Shown here: positions 16,264-25,875 of the stretch, one piece after another
Position numbering within the stretch: position 1 is the stretch's first letter
Layout of the letters: each line of letters starts with the position of its first letter
IMG/VR virus record: IMGVR_UViG_3300012940_000083
Coordinates: 1 to 29,685 of that record
DNA length: 29,685 nucleotides
Reading direction: 5' to 3' (one strand)
Source: a virus
Lineage: Duplodnaviria; Caudoviricetes
Translations under genes and position numbers: made by a program
Notes under the pieces: generated by a model
Database searches by the model: none
What the model was told of the DNA's origin: nothing
The model's input: only the letters and a program-made list of their open reading frames with translations

Positions 16264-16530
16264 ATGAATGTAATTGCTATTCAACACTTCCGTATCAAAG
16301 AGGATGGAACATTTGCCAAGCCTGGCGACCTGTTGTCCTATCCAGATAATCGCGCGCAGGTGCTTATTGATGGAGGTTGGGTGATTCCTGTGCCTGATAC
16401 TGATTCAGAGTTTAGAGAGATTGCCACATCCGCCTCAAAGGTGTACCTGGATGATGGCGATGAAAAACCTAAAATATCGGAGGCGCCAGGCAAAAAGCCC
16501 AAAAAAAAGGATGATGGAGATAACCAATAA
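16264..16530 (+). CDS. Small head-associated hypothetical protein
   Basis: KPGDLL...RAQVLIDGGW plus a Lys/Pro-rich tail; usual position after the capsid gene. Confidence 0.7.
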   Translation: MNVIAIQHFRIKEDGTFAKPGDLLSYPDNRAQVLIDGGWVIPVPDTDSEFREIATSASKVYLDDGDEKPKISEAPGKKPKKKDDGDNQ

Positions 16531-17014
16531 CAGGCTTGTTGATTATACATTCGACGACACAGAACCCGTTGTAGAACCGGTAACTCTTAACGAAGTAAAA
16601 GAGTATTTAAGGATTGATCCAGGCGTAAGCTATGAGGACAATTTGCTTACAGACTTGATTACTGCAGCCAGGGAGGAAACAGAAAAGTATACGGGATGCT
16701 CTCTTATCGCTCGAAATGTAACTGCGATACTCGAATTGGTTAATCGTCATGAGCTGCCTTATGGACCTGTTAAATCGGTAGTCAATGAAGATCAATATAA
16801 GCTGATCGGCAAAGACTTCCCCCGGGTCGAAGGATGTGGACGAATCGAAATCACCTACTCGGCTGGGTTTGATCCGGTGCCAAAGGGCTTAAAAGAAGCA
16901 GTGCTGGCAAAAATTGCATCTATGTACGAGAACCGCGGCGACGAAGATCGAAAGCATGATGCAGAACAGTATTATGAAAGAGCGTTCAAATATCGGCGTA
17001 TAGTATGCCTGTAA
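16511..17014 (+). CDS. Head-tail adaptor (HK97 gp6 / SPP1 gp15-like)
   Basis: EPVTLNEVKEYLRID, DNLLTDLITAARE..EKYTG, YSAGF..VPKGLKEAVL...MYENRG. Start at 16511 or 16514, not 16421. Confidence 0.88.
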   Translation: MMEITNNRLVDYTFDDTEPVVEPVTLNEVKEYLRIDPGVSYEDNLLTDLITAAREETEKYTGCSLIARNVTAILELVNRHELPYGPVKSVVNEDQYKLIGKDFPRVEGCGRIEITYSAGFDPVPKGLKEAVLAKIASMYENRGDEDRKHDAEQYYERAFKYRRIVCL

Positions 17015-17340
17015 GAAGATATGATATTGGCAAAGCAAGACATCTGATCACCGTCAGGGGCTTCACAAGCATACCAGATGGGTACGGGGGTTTTGTAGAT
17101 GCCGAAACCGATCTGATAACAGCCTATGCTATTAAAGAGGCCAAAACATCGCTTCGCGATTTGGATTCTGCCGAAATGGTTAACGTCAGTGCAGATATTT
17201 TCATCATCAGATACAGGCCCGATTTTACGCCCACAAAGGATATGAAGATTGTTAGTGATGGTAAAACATACGCTATCAATACCATTCTTGAAACGTCTGA
17301 TAAACGTTGGTGGGAGTTGATCGCCAAAGTTATTGAGTAA
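17005..17340 (+). CDS. Head closure protein (SPP1 gp16-like)
   Basis: IGKARHLIT...DGYGG...FIIRYRPD...MKIV.DGKTYAI. Confidence 0.85.
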   Translation: MPVRRYDIGKARHLITVRGFTSIPDGYGGFVDAETDLITAYAIKEAKTSLRDLDSAEMVNVSADIFIIRYRPDFTPTKDMKIVSDGKTYAINTILETSDKRWWELIAKVIE

Positions 17341-17915
17341 TGCCAGTAAGAATTACAGTTAACGTAACCGGGAATACAGCTAATCGTTATGACGTCCTTA
17401 GAAAGCGTATGCTTGATGAGATAGATGACGAGCTGACAGCAGAAGCATTCTCTATCAAACGTGAAGCTGACACAAAAGCGCCAAAATACGAGGGCGGCTT
17501 ACGAGCGCACATCGATAATGAGTATCTGAATAAGGAAATATCATACCCGCAGTTTTATGCGCCTTATATCGAATTTGGTACTGGCTCAAAGGTCATTATT
17601 CCTCCTTCTTACGAAGAATATGCCAAGCAGTTTAAAGGGCCGGCCAGGCGGGGCAATGTACAGGATTTCTTTAAGGAAATGGTATTGTGGGTTAAGCGCA
17701 AGGGACTTGCGGGCAGATACTCTACCAAAACACGCCGGAGATTAGGTAGTAAGGCTAAACGAGAATCAGAGGATAGGGAGGTTGCTTACGCTATCATGCA
17801 TCACATTCTGACTTTCGGTGTGACGCCTCACCCCTTTTTCATACCAGCTTTTACTGCTGGGAAAGACAAGGTGTTAAGAAGATTAAGAACAATAATAAAC
17901 AAATACAGTGGGTAG
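17340..17915 (+). CDS. HK97 gp10-like neck/tail completion protein
   Basis: APKYEGGLR, YAPYIEFGTG, PHPFFIPAF. Confidence 0.85.
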   Translation: MPVRITVNVTGNTANRYDVLRKRMLDEIDDELTAEAFSIKREADTKAPKYEGGLRAHIDNEYLNKEISYPQFYAPYIEFGTGSKVIIPPSYEEYAKQFKGPARRGNVQDFFKEMVLWVKRKGLAGRYSTKTRRRLGSKAKRESEDREVAYAIMHHILTFGVTPHPFFIPAFTAGKDKVLRRLRTIINKYSG

Positions 17916-18333
17916 CGTTAAGGCAATATTACGCAAGGCTTATATAGAGAAGTTAAACGGGATTACCGTTTCTGGTATAACTATTCCCGCCTACGATCTG
18001 TTTGCCGCCGACAATGCACCAGCAAATTATATTGTTTTAAGCTCTTACAACTCCGTCGATTTAACTACTAAGTGTGGAGATGATGAAAATCCATCCGTGG
18101 AGGTTCAGGTCTACACGAAGTTTCAAAAGCAAGGCGGTAGCCTATTGGCTGATCAAATCGCCGAAATGGTGATAGATCTTATTAAAGCCAACGACATGGA
18201 CCTTTCACCCAACTATAAGCTACTCTCAACCAGGAAATCAAGCGACAGCGATCTGCCAGGCTTAAACTCGGATTACAAAATTTATAGAAGAATAATCCGG
18301 TTTGAGCACATTGTTCAAGACTTAAACAAATAA
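17908..18333 (+). CDS. Tail terminator protein (DUF3168-like)
   Basis: About 140 aa, directly before the tube gene; PAYD...APANYIVL, VEVQVYT. GTG start. Confidence 0.7.
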   Translation: MGSVKAILRKAYIEKLNGITVSGITIPAYDLFAADNAPANYIVLSSYNSVDLTTKCGDDENPSVEVQVYTKFQKQGGSLLADQIAEMVIDLIKANDMDLSPNYKLLSTRKSSDSDLPGLNSDYKIYRRIIRFEHIVQDLNK

Positions 18334-18335
18334 CA

Positions 18336-18794
18336 ATGGCAGAAGTGAACGTAATGGGACTATCTCAGGTCCTGTCTATAATTGCTCCGGGCGGCAACAC
18401 TCCGCTTGTATTGGCATGCGAAGTTGACCACAACTTTGACCGTAGCCGCGCTGAAATCAACGCCGATAACAAATGCGGTAAAAACAGGATACCCAATCCT
18501 AATATGGATGCTTCCATTTCCGGTACCGGTCAGGTGATGATCAACCCGGCAGGTGGCGATATTACGACCAAAATCAGCGAGGCAAAACTCGACCAGTTGA
18601 TGCGTTCGGCTACTGTGTTTTCGTGGGTGCTTGGCCCAAAATCAGGAGTTCCAGCGCCGGGCGATGTCACATATTCTGGCCAGGGATGGTTCAACCAACT
18701 AAACACTGCATACACAACAGATGGTGTGGCAACATTTGATTTTAGCATTACCGTCTCAGGTGATTATACACAAGAAATTGAACCAGCAGCATAA
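18336..18794 (+). CDS. Major tail tube protein
   Basis: INADNKCG, ASISGTG, TYSGQGWFNQL, VATFDFSITVSG. Confidence 0.8.
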   Translation: MAEVNVMGLSQVLSIIAPGGNTPLVLACEVDHNFDRSRAEINADNKCGKNRIPNPNMDASISGTGQVMINPAGGDITTKISEAKLDQLMRSATVFSWVLGPKSGVPAPGDVTYSGQGWFNQLNTAYTTDGVATFDFSITVSGDYTQEIEPAA

Positions 18795-19177
18795 TGAACG
18801 GGAAAGTACAAATACAACTTGGAGGGCAGACACGCTGGTTGTGGTTTAATAACTACAGCCGGGAAGAGCTGGGGAAGGTATACGGCACGGATCCATTGGT
18901 TGCCGGAAAGCTGTTCGCTGAACAACTACAGGCGAATGCTATACGGGCTTTCTCTTTCTTAGTATGGGCTGGTTTGATGGGTCACGAATATGGCAACATG
19001 CAAGATCCTACTTATACTAAACAGGAGGTAGCTGGATGGGTTGCTACCTGTGAAGTAGATGAACTCATGAAGGTGTGGGATGTTTGGCTTGATCACTCTG
19101 GTATGCGTGAACTGATTAGCAGTGAAAAAAAAAGCAACCAGAGGACGAAGAAAACATCACCTGGCAAAAGGTCTTAG
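18794..19177 (+). CDS. Tail assembly chaperone (gpG-like)
   Basis: Between tube and tape measure; ends shortly after the slippery EKK codons. Confidence 0.8.
   Translation: MNGKVQIQLGGQTRWLWFNNYSREELGKVYGTDPLVAGKLFAEQLQANAIRAFSFLVWAGLMGHEYGNMQDPTYTKQEVAGWVATCEVDELMKVWDVWLDHSGMRELISSEKKSNQRTKKTSPGKRS
19124..19134 (+). other. Programmed -1 ribosomal frameshift site (G-A9-G)
   Basis: A_AAA_AAA is in the correct codon phase; the -1 frame is open from 19132 into ORF 19225..19494. Confidence 0.8.
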
Positions 19178-19494
19178 ACTTCGCATGTGGGGAACTTGGA
19201 CTGCTTCCACATGAGTTTTACTGCATGACATGGATTAACTACACCCGTTATGCACAAGGCTACTGGATACGCTATTTCAAGAACCTGGAAGGTGAACGCC
19301 TTATTGCTTTCTATATCGCTGCAGCTCACCGGGACCCGAAAAAGCCATTCCCACGATACCCACAACAGTTTATGCCTTTCCCTACGGATGTAAAGATTGT
19401 AGTAAAACAGTCTGTCCTAACAAAAGAAGAATACGACGCAATAATAAATCGATATGCCGGACCAGGGTTCACTGAACGCAAGGATAGGAGCTGA
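19132..19494 (+). CDS. Tail assembly chaperone frameshift extension (gpT-like part of gpGT)
   Basis: The -1 frame reads KQPEDEENITWQKVLDFACGELGLLPHEFYCMTWINY..., with the typical LGLxPxEFxxMT motif upstream of the listed ATG. Confidence 0.8.
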   Translation, partial: KQPEDEENITWQKVLDFACGELGLLPHEFYCMTWINYTRYAQGYWIRYFKNLEGERLIAFYIAAAHRDPKKPFPRYPQQFMPFPTDVKIVVKQSVLTKEEYDAIINRYAGPGFTERKDRS

Positions 19495-21799
19495 TGTCTC
19501 CCAACTGCTTTCCGCCTTTAACCAGGCAGAAAGAGCGCAGGATAGAATAGTATCCGGCTTTAACTCTGTTGGCGCCGCTGCCAATACCGCGGCAGGCTCT
19601 TTAAACTCTCTATCCCCTATTACATCGGCGGCAGCGGCAGGGGTTACCAGCCTACGCCAGGCTATTGATCCTGCTACGGTTTCCATTACACGCCTTGGCA
19701 CTTCAGTTACGCAGACAGACAGAAGTTTGGTTATGTTTAACCGCGATATGGTCAGTAATTCTGCGGTAATGCGCGGTTTTGCCAATGCCGCCCAGCTCGG
19801 GCAGTTGTCATATGTGGGGCTAAATGGAGCGTTGACAAATGCAGGACGTGGTGTCAGTGCATCAATGCGGACACTTGGTGCAAGCACGAGGAATACAGGA
19901 TATATCGTATCTAATTTTGGTCGTGTTTTATCCGACCTGCCATTCGGGTTTATTGCTATTCAGAACAATATTGATCCGCTTATAGCCTCATTGGGAGGTC
20001 CGGCAGGTTTGGGCTTGGCTGTAACTGTAGTCGGTGCGGCGTTGACAACATTGTCTATGAGGTATGGCGGCCTGTCCAATGCGCTTAATGCTCTGAATCC
20101 GTTTATTGATAATGCGACCAAGGGCCTGAACGCAATGAACGCCTCCATGCTGACCAGTGCGAACGAAACAGCAAAGGAGACGGCGAATTTGGATTTGCTG
20201 TACCGCGCAGTAAAGGATCTTAATATTCCTCTTGAAGAGAGGCGGAAGATTACAGATCAACTGATCAAACAATACCCGCAGACATTCAAGGGCTATACGG
20301 CAGAGGCCTTGGCTGTGGGCGAGGCAGATAAAGCGTACAAAGAATTAACTAAAACCATTCTCGCAAAAGCTGCGATTGAAGCCGGCACCGATGCAATATC
20401 CAAGCAGGGTAAACAAATGCTTGAGCTGAGATTACAGGCCGCCAAACTCGATGAGCAACTAAAAGACCTGCAACAGAATGGTACTAAACCATCAATATCC
20501 GCCCCTTTTGGTCGTGATGTGCTTTCTGTGGGCAAAGAGATCGAAAGGGTACAAAATAAAATCAATGCGAATACAGCAGCGCAAAATGTGCTAAATCAGC
20601 AGGCGCAAGCCATACAGGATGCATCACTAAAACTGGTGAAGCAATTCGGGGCCGCGGTACTCGGTATTAAACCGGATAGTGTAAAAACAGTACAGGATGT
20701 ATTTAATACTCTCAATACTGAACTCGATCTTGCTAATGCAAAAACTGGATTATTGGGATCAACAACAAATTCAGTAGCAAAAGAGAAGATTAGCGCTTTA
20801 ACCACTGCGTTTGATGATTTGATAAAGATGGGTCTTAAGCCCACATCTCCTGAAGTACAAAAAGTGGTTCAGGAGATCAACGCGCTGGGGGGTATTAATC
20901 AGAAGCTTGGTGTTAGTCAAAAGCTTGGCGTTACAAAGCATGTAAAAGACGCAAAAGATGTAATTGCCGAACTTAATCAAGAGCTGCTCAAAACCAATGC
21001 GCTGTTTGCAAATAGTGGAGATTCTTTAGATAAACTGTCATCCGATACAATAAAAGCATACCAAAAAGCTCTAGGCTCCCTGGTTGATATCAATATCCTT
21101 CCAGGCGATAAACTATTTGATGCACTGAAAGGCAGGTTGGATGCTCTGAAGGATGTTACTGGACCAAAACCAAAGATTGACATACCGATTCAGATTGAAC
21201 CCATACCGCCCGCAAGTAATGCAAATACAATTGCTGGTGTGTTTTCTGGGCTTACAGAAGATTTTGATATAGAATCGAAGAAATTCACTGCAGCCGTAAA
21301 CAAGATAATCATCGACAATGCTAATGAAGGAATTGTGTCAATGATTGAGATTGTAGGAGGGGCGCTTGTATCGGGCGATTGGGGCAATGTATTTTCCAGT
21401 TTTATCAATATGATATCTGGATTTCTTTCACAACTCGGGAAACTATTGGTTGTTCAAGGTCTTGCAATTGAAGGGTTTAAAAACTCACTTAAAACACTTC
21501 AGGGAATCCCCGCGGTTGTTGCTGGTGCAGCATTAATAGCAGCCGCCGGGGCCTTCAAGGCTCTTGCCGGTAAAGGTGTTCCTGCCTTCGCTAACGGGGC
21601 CATAACCACAGGTCCTATGGCCGCGATAGTAGGTGACAACCCGTCTGGCAAAGAGGCTATTGTACCCCTGGAACGATTTGACGAAATATTCGGCACGACC
21701 AGCGGCGGCAGTGTTGAGGTAACTGGGTCAGTTAGGGTGGCAGGGTCAGACCTGGTTATCGCATTCAATAACGCAACTAAACAGTTTGGAAGAAGATAA
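19454..21799 (+). CDS. Tape measure protein
   Basis: 781 aa, Ala/Leu-rich and helical; LNARIGAD N-terminus, hydrophobic segments, C-terminal PAFANGAI.TGP..AIVGD...EAIVPL. Confidence 0.92.
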   Translation: MPDQGSLNARIGADVSQLLSAFNQAERAQDRIVSGFNSVGAAANTAAGSLNSLSPITSAAAAGVTSLRQAIDPATVSITRLGTSVTQTDRSLVMFNRDMVSNSAVMRGFANAAQLGQLSYVGLNGALTNAGRGVSASMRTLGASTRNTGYIVSNFGRVLSDLPFGFIAIQNNIDPLIASLGGPAGLGLAVTVVGAALTTLSMRYGGLSNALNALNPFIDNATKGLNAMNASMLTSANETAKETANLDLLYRAVKDLNIPLEERRKITDQLIKQYPQTFKGYTAEALAVGEADKAYKELTKTILAKAAIEAGTDAISKQGKQMLELRLQAAKLDEQLKDLQQNGTKPSISAPFGRDVLSVGKEIERVQNKINANTAAQNVLNQQAQAIQDASLKLVKQFGAAVLGIKPDSVKTVQDVFNTLNTELDLANAKTGLLGSTTNSVAKEKISALTTAFDDLIKMGLKPTSPEVQKVVQEINALGGINQKLGVSQKLGVTKHVKDAKDVIAELNQELLKTNALFANSGDSLDKLSSDTIKAYQKALGSLVDINILPGDKLFDALKGRLDALKDVTGPKPKIDIPIQIEPIPPASNANTIAGVFSGLTEDFDIESKKFTAAVNKIIIDNANEGIVSMIEIVGGALVSGDWGNVFSSFINMISGFLSQLGKLLVVQGLAIEGFKNSLKTLQGIPAVVAGAALIAAAGAFKALAGKGVPAFANGAITTGPMAAIVGDNPSGKEAIVPLERFDEIFGTTSGGSVEVTGSVRVAGSDLVIAFNNATKQFGRR

Positions 21800-23734
21800 A
21801 TGGCATACATACTAACATATCGCATCAGATATAAAGACAGGCATCCGGTCACCCCTTTGAATTGGGAGGTACAACTTTTGCAGAAAAATGGATCTGCGTT
21901 ACAGGTTACTGAGTTGTACGCTGCGGAGAATCCAGTCTCTATTGATCGGGCCACATCAGACTCAAACGCTTTTAGCCCTATTATTGGTGCCAATGCAACA
22001 ATAAGTTATGTGTATGACGAAGGCATGCCACACCCTAATACATTTATCAAAATTCAGGAAGATGAATGGATGGTGGTTATCCTTAAAAACGGAGTAGTTG
22101 AGTTCAAGGGCTTTGTTAGGCCTGACAGCAATACATACCCATTATTGCACCCGCCATTCGCTTTCGAGATCAACGCAACTGATTACTTTCAGGTGCTTAA
22201 AGCAACACCAATTAATCTGGACGATAATATACTATTTCTATACGATTATATCACCTGGGGAGACTTCTTCAGGCGAACTTTATTTACCGCGCTGCCGTAT
22301 GATGACATTGTTTTAAATATTGTGTTTACGCGGCGGCCCGACTCGTTGTTGCCTGGTCAGACGCTTGCCAATGGCCTATATCTGCATACTGATATCTTTT
22401 ATGATTTCGAAAAGGGGCCTGTTAAATGCTATGATGCATTAAGTGCCTTCCTGGGGCTGGGAATGAGGATGTTCTACTCTGCGGGCGCATACTGGATTGT
22501 CCGGATAGAGGATATGGACCAGGACGTATTTACTTATCTGCAAATTTCCCCTTCAGATTTAACTGGTGTTGAAAAAACTGAAGGCAACATCCTGCGCCAA
22601 CTGGGAACCAGTGATCCAGGTAAAGATGTATATTATACTGGACGAAGCCAAAGGATAAGAGTTGAAACCGCATTAAAGGAGCAGGAGTTTAACTACAAAT
22701 TAAAAGGTATCAACCGGCTGGCAAATTTTGATTGGAGAGACTTTAACGGTTCTTCGTTCCCTGGTTGGAGAGTGCCTAATCCCGGTTCGGGACTCACACT
22801 TTCCCGTATAGGAGTGGGTACTATAGCAGATCCATACAGGGCGGAAATGAATGGTTCTGGAAATCCAGAGGTTGGGGCTTTTATAGGGCAAACATTTATT
22901 GTTTCTCCAGGACAGCATATTGAAATCAATATTAAATCTTATTGTTATTATACTGTTGGTTTGAAAATGATTGTCTCCTTGTTGTCAACAAGCTCTGGTC
23001 CAGAGGCGAGGCAGTTTTATTTGAGTGGATCAAAATGGGAACAAACAAATCTTATAGAATCAGATACCGCTACAATAACAGTATCGCCAAATAAGAAAAC
23101 AAGGTTTAGTTCTTTTTCTGTTACGTCGGATCCAATCCCAGGGGGAACAGGAGATTTCTATTTGTTTTTTAATATACTCGGCCCAACGCCGGCAGATCCG
23201 GACCCAGAAGATCAGATTCCATCGGGAACCACTCCATATAACCAAATCTACCCTACTTTTTTAAGGATCTATGATACACCATACGTTCAGATCAATACAA
23301 AGATCACAAATGATGGTATTTATAGCTATACGCCAGATCCTGAAGAAAAAACGTTTATCGATTCACGGGATAGTTCGATATCGAATACAATATACTATAA
23401 GCAAGTTGACCAATTTAAGGCTCTCCCTGATAAAGATTGGGCAAGCATCAAGAAGCCATCGCTTCCAAAACAGCCTATTGATGAAATCATGTCCCGGGAT
23501 CGCTTAGCTGCTGCGAACATGCCGGTTGATAATCTGGAAGGAACTTTTCTATCTAATACATTGCAGTTTCACAATGTAGTAGTATGTGAGGATCTTAATA
23601 AACGATTCATGGTTTTGCGTGATAAATATAACACTAAGGAATGCCTGCATGATTTGACTCTGGTAGAAATATTTGACGAGGGATCAGGCAGCGGACAATA
23701 TACTGTAACCCCTAAAACTGCTGACAATGGATAA
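21800..23734 (+). CDS. Tail tip / baseplate hub-type structural protein
   Basis: 644 aa, beta-rich, starts 1 nt after the tape measure stop; assignment mainly by synteny. Confidence 0.6.
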   Translation: MAYILTYRIRYKDRHPVTPLNWEVQLLQKNGSALQVTELYAAENPVSIDRATSDSNAFSPIIGANATISYVYDEGMPHPNTFIKIQEDEWMVVILKNGVVEFKGFVRPDSNTYPLLHPPFAFEINATDYFQVLKATPINLDDNILFLYDYITWGDFFRRTLFTALPYDDIVLNIVFTRRPDSLLPGQTLANGLYLHTDIFYDFEKGPVKCYDALSAFLGLGMRMFYSAGAYWIVRIEDMDQDVFTYLQISPSDLTGVEKTEGNILRQLGTSDPGKDVYYTGRSQRIRVETALKEQEFNYKLKGINRLANFDWRDFNGSSFPGWRVPNPGSGLTLSRIGVGTIADPYRAEMNGSGNPEVGAFIGQTFIVSPGQHIEINIKSYCYYTVGLKMIVSLLSTSSGPEARQFYLSGSKWEQTNLIESDTATITVSPNKKTRFSSFSVTSDPIPGGTGDFYLFFNILGPTPADPDPEDQIPSGTTPYNQIYPTFLRIYDTPYVQINTKITNDGIYSYTPDPEEKTFIDSRDSSISNTIYYKQVDQFKALPDKDWASIKKPSLPKQPIDEIMSRDRLAAANMPVDNLEGTFLSNTLQFHNVVVCEDLNKRFMVLRDKYNTKECLHDLTLVEIFDEGSGSGQYTVTPKTADNG

Positions 23735-24491
23735 AGTGGTATTAGGAAAGGACCTGATGTTGTACACAGGTACAGGTGCTCTGACAGCCGAATCAGTCAT
23801 CTGCCTACTGAAAGATTGTACATTAAGCATATCGGCTGATCTCCTGGAGACAACAGGCCCTGGCGGTAAGTTTAAACGATATGTTTACTCAGCGATAGGC
23901 TACACCATATCAGGTAATGGTATAGTAAGCTATACAGCTATTAATAACCTGGTGCAGATTCAGGAACAGCTAATAGCATGGCAAAAGATCAACTGGAAGT
24001 TCACTGCCTTTCACTCCGGAGGCCTGATTTATTCGGGTGTCTTGCTATGGAATAACGTTGATAACAGTAGTATGTTTTCGGACGCTGCACAGTTTAGCTT
24101 TCAGGCGACTGGCGACGGAGATTTCGGGATTGAGAAAATACCTTTCCTGAAAACAGTATACCTGGCAGATCAATTTGGCAACCGCCTGCCAGGGTGCCCG
24201 GATGTCTATCCTGTAAAAGTGTTTTGGGTTGACGGCTCATTAATGGGGATTGCTTATGACCAGGTAGACGTAATAAACCTGTTTAACAGCTATCCGAGCA
24301 ATACTTCACTTACACTGAATGGATATACATCCGGTTGTGATTTTAATCTATCTGCTGCATGGAATGCAACTGACGTTCCTGATTGGATAGTAGCAGAGAA
24401 ATTGAACGACGACCTGGCGTTGTCAGATGCTTACATAAATATTATTGGAGATGGTGACGGAAAAGGGCTTTCACCCATTTTAAATACTTAG
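23727..24491 (+). CDS. Second tail-tube-like protein with C-terminal extension
   Basis: GKDLMLY...CTLSISADLLETT....KFKRYV...YTISGNG...YSG......FSFQATGDG resembles TP901-1-type tube proteins. Confidence 0.65.
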   Translation: MDKVVLGKDLMLYTGTGALTAESVICLLKDCTLSISADLLETTGPGGKFKRYVYSAIGYTISGNGIVSYTAINNLVQIQEQLIAWQKINWKFTAFHSGGLIYSGVLLWNNVDNSSMFSDAAQFSFQATGDGDFGIEKIPFLKTVYLADQFGNRLPGCPDVYPVKVFWVDGSLMGIAYDQVDVINLFNSYPSNTSLTLNGYTSGCDFNLSAAWNATDVPDWIVAEKLNDDLALSDAYINIIGDGDGKGLSPILNT

Positions 24492-24493
24492 AT

Positions 24494-25867
24494 ATGGCAG
24501 ATCCAATTTTAGTACCAATACCGGATTTATCCCCTGCTCCAAACAGTTGGGGGCTGGACTGGCCAACTGCCATAGCAGACCCGGTAACCAAACGTGCGTA
24601 CAAACTTCCATCGGGCGCATATACACAAAAGCTGATCGAAACGGGCGCTATTGCTGATATACGCAATCCGAAATTTTACATCGCTGGCAGGGGGAACCAA
24701 TATGATCCCGCCGTTGGCGATACGAAGATAGTAGACCCAACACTTCAGGGTTATACTTTTTCTGCGGTGAGTCTACGAGGCGTTGGTGATCTTGATCCAG
24801 CAAGCGAATATCACTGGGACGAAGTGGATACTATCGGTTTTCTTTCATTAGACCCAGAAAATCCTGGCCCAAGACAGTTTAATGATGGTGATGTAGTCAA
24901 GGTGACTTTTGAGCCAAAAATAAGCTCCTATGTGTCAGCGCCAGGCAGTATTGGTAAGCGGTACAGTGGGAGGAAGAGATATACTGCATCTGCTATGATC
25001 CTTCCTGATGATTATTCCAAGATTCAGGAGATTATTGCAACTGCTGCGCCTGTAGTGTTAACCCTGCCGCGTGGAGTTGATTTTCCGCCAGGTGTTGGCC
25101 TTACCATAACAACAAACATGGTATCTGTTTATCAATCCGTTGTTTTGACCCAGGATGATGATGTGATATTTGTATCTGCACAAGGCAAATCAAGGTTGGT
25201 GTTGGGAATAGACGAACAGGTTACGCTTGTGTGGATCGATGACGGAACCGTTAAGGGTTGGTCTATTGAGGATATATCCGAATCTTATAAGAATGTCGGC
25301 AAGTGGTGCCTCTCTTATGTGCCACTGCCAAATACTATACCCTTTGTTGGCGGAACAATAGATATTACACAATACCCGCGTGTTGGTGATTTGGTTGAAG
25401 CTATTAAAGCCATCAACGCAAACTCGGTAGTATCTAATGCTACATGGGAAAGTGACCCTTTTTTACACCGGACAAAATGGGCATACGGACCTACAGCAAA
25501 CACGCGTAGGGTGCCTGACTGGCGCGGATTGTTTCCACGCGTGTTACCGGGTGCCCGTCCTAATATTGACCAGGATCGTGGCGCTGATGCGTTTGTGTTG
25601 GGCAGTCTTGAAGGATGGGCAATGATAAAACATGATCACCTGTCTGATGATCGATTTAATAAACTATCCGCGCGAGCCTCTGACTTAGGTGGAGGCAGTA
25701 CCCCTGGCGGCGTAGACAGCTCAGGAGGAGACAAGGAATACAGGGTAGGCGATATGTCTGGGCCAGGGTTTGATTTATGGGCCTTAGCTACGCTGAATGC
25801 GGAGGGTGATTCAGAATACGAAACAAGAAGCATTAACGGCGGCCTGAATGCATATGGCTGCATATAA
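24494..25867 (+). CDS. Tail fibre-related protein with collar-like domain
   Basis: RVPDWRGLFPR...DQDRG...LGSLEG..MIKHDH...ETRSIN matches the phage tail collar pattern; central VLTLP beta module. Confidence 0.75.
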   Translation: MADPILVPIPDLSPAPNSWGLDWPTAIADPVTKRAYKLPSGAYTQKLIETGAIADIRNPKFYIAGRGNQYDPAVGDTKIVDPTLQGYTFSAVSLRGVGDLDPASEYHWDEVDTIGFLSLDPENPGPRQFNDGDVVKVTFEPKISSYVSAPGSIGKRYSGRKRYTASAMILPDDYSKIQEIIATAAPVVLTLPRGVDFPPGVGLTITTNMVSVYQSVVLTQDDDVIFVSAQGKSRLVLGIDEQVTLVWIDDGTVKGWSIEDISESYKNVGKWCLSYVPLPNTIPFVGGTIDITQYPRVGDLVEAIKAINANSVVSNATWESDPFLHRTKWAYGPTANTRRVPDWRGLFPRVLPGARPNIDQDRGADAFVLGSLEGWAMIKHDHLSDDRFNKLSARASDLGGGSTPGGVDSSGGDKEYRVGDMSGPGFDLWALATLNAEGDSEYETRSINGGLNAYGCI

Positions 25868-25875
25868 CAGTGAAC

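Noticed and set aside
15782-19919. TAATTTTG boxes at 15782 and 19912 as internal promoters
   Set aside because: Both lie deep inside coding sequence without AT-rich upstream context; such matches are expected by chance.
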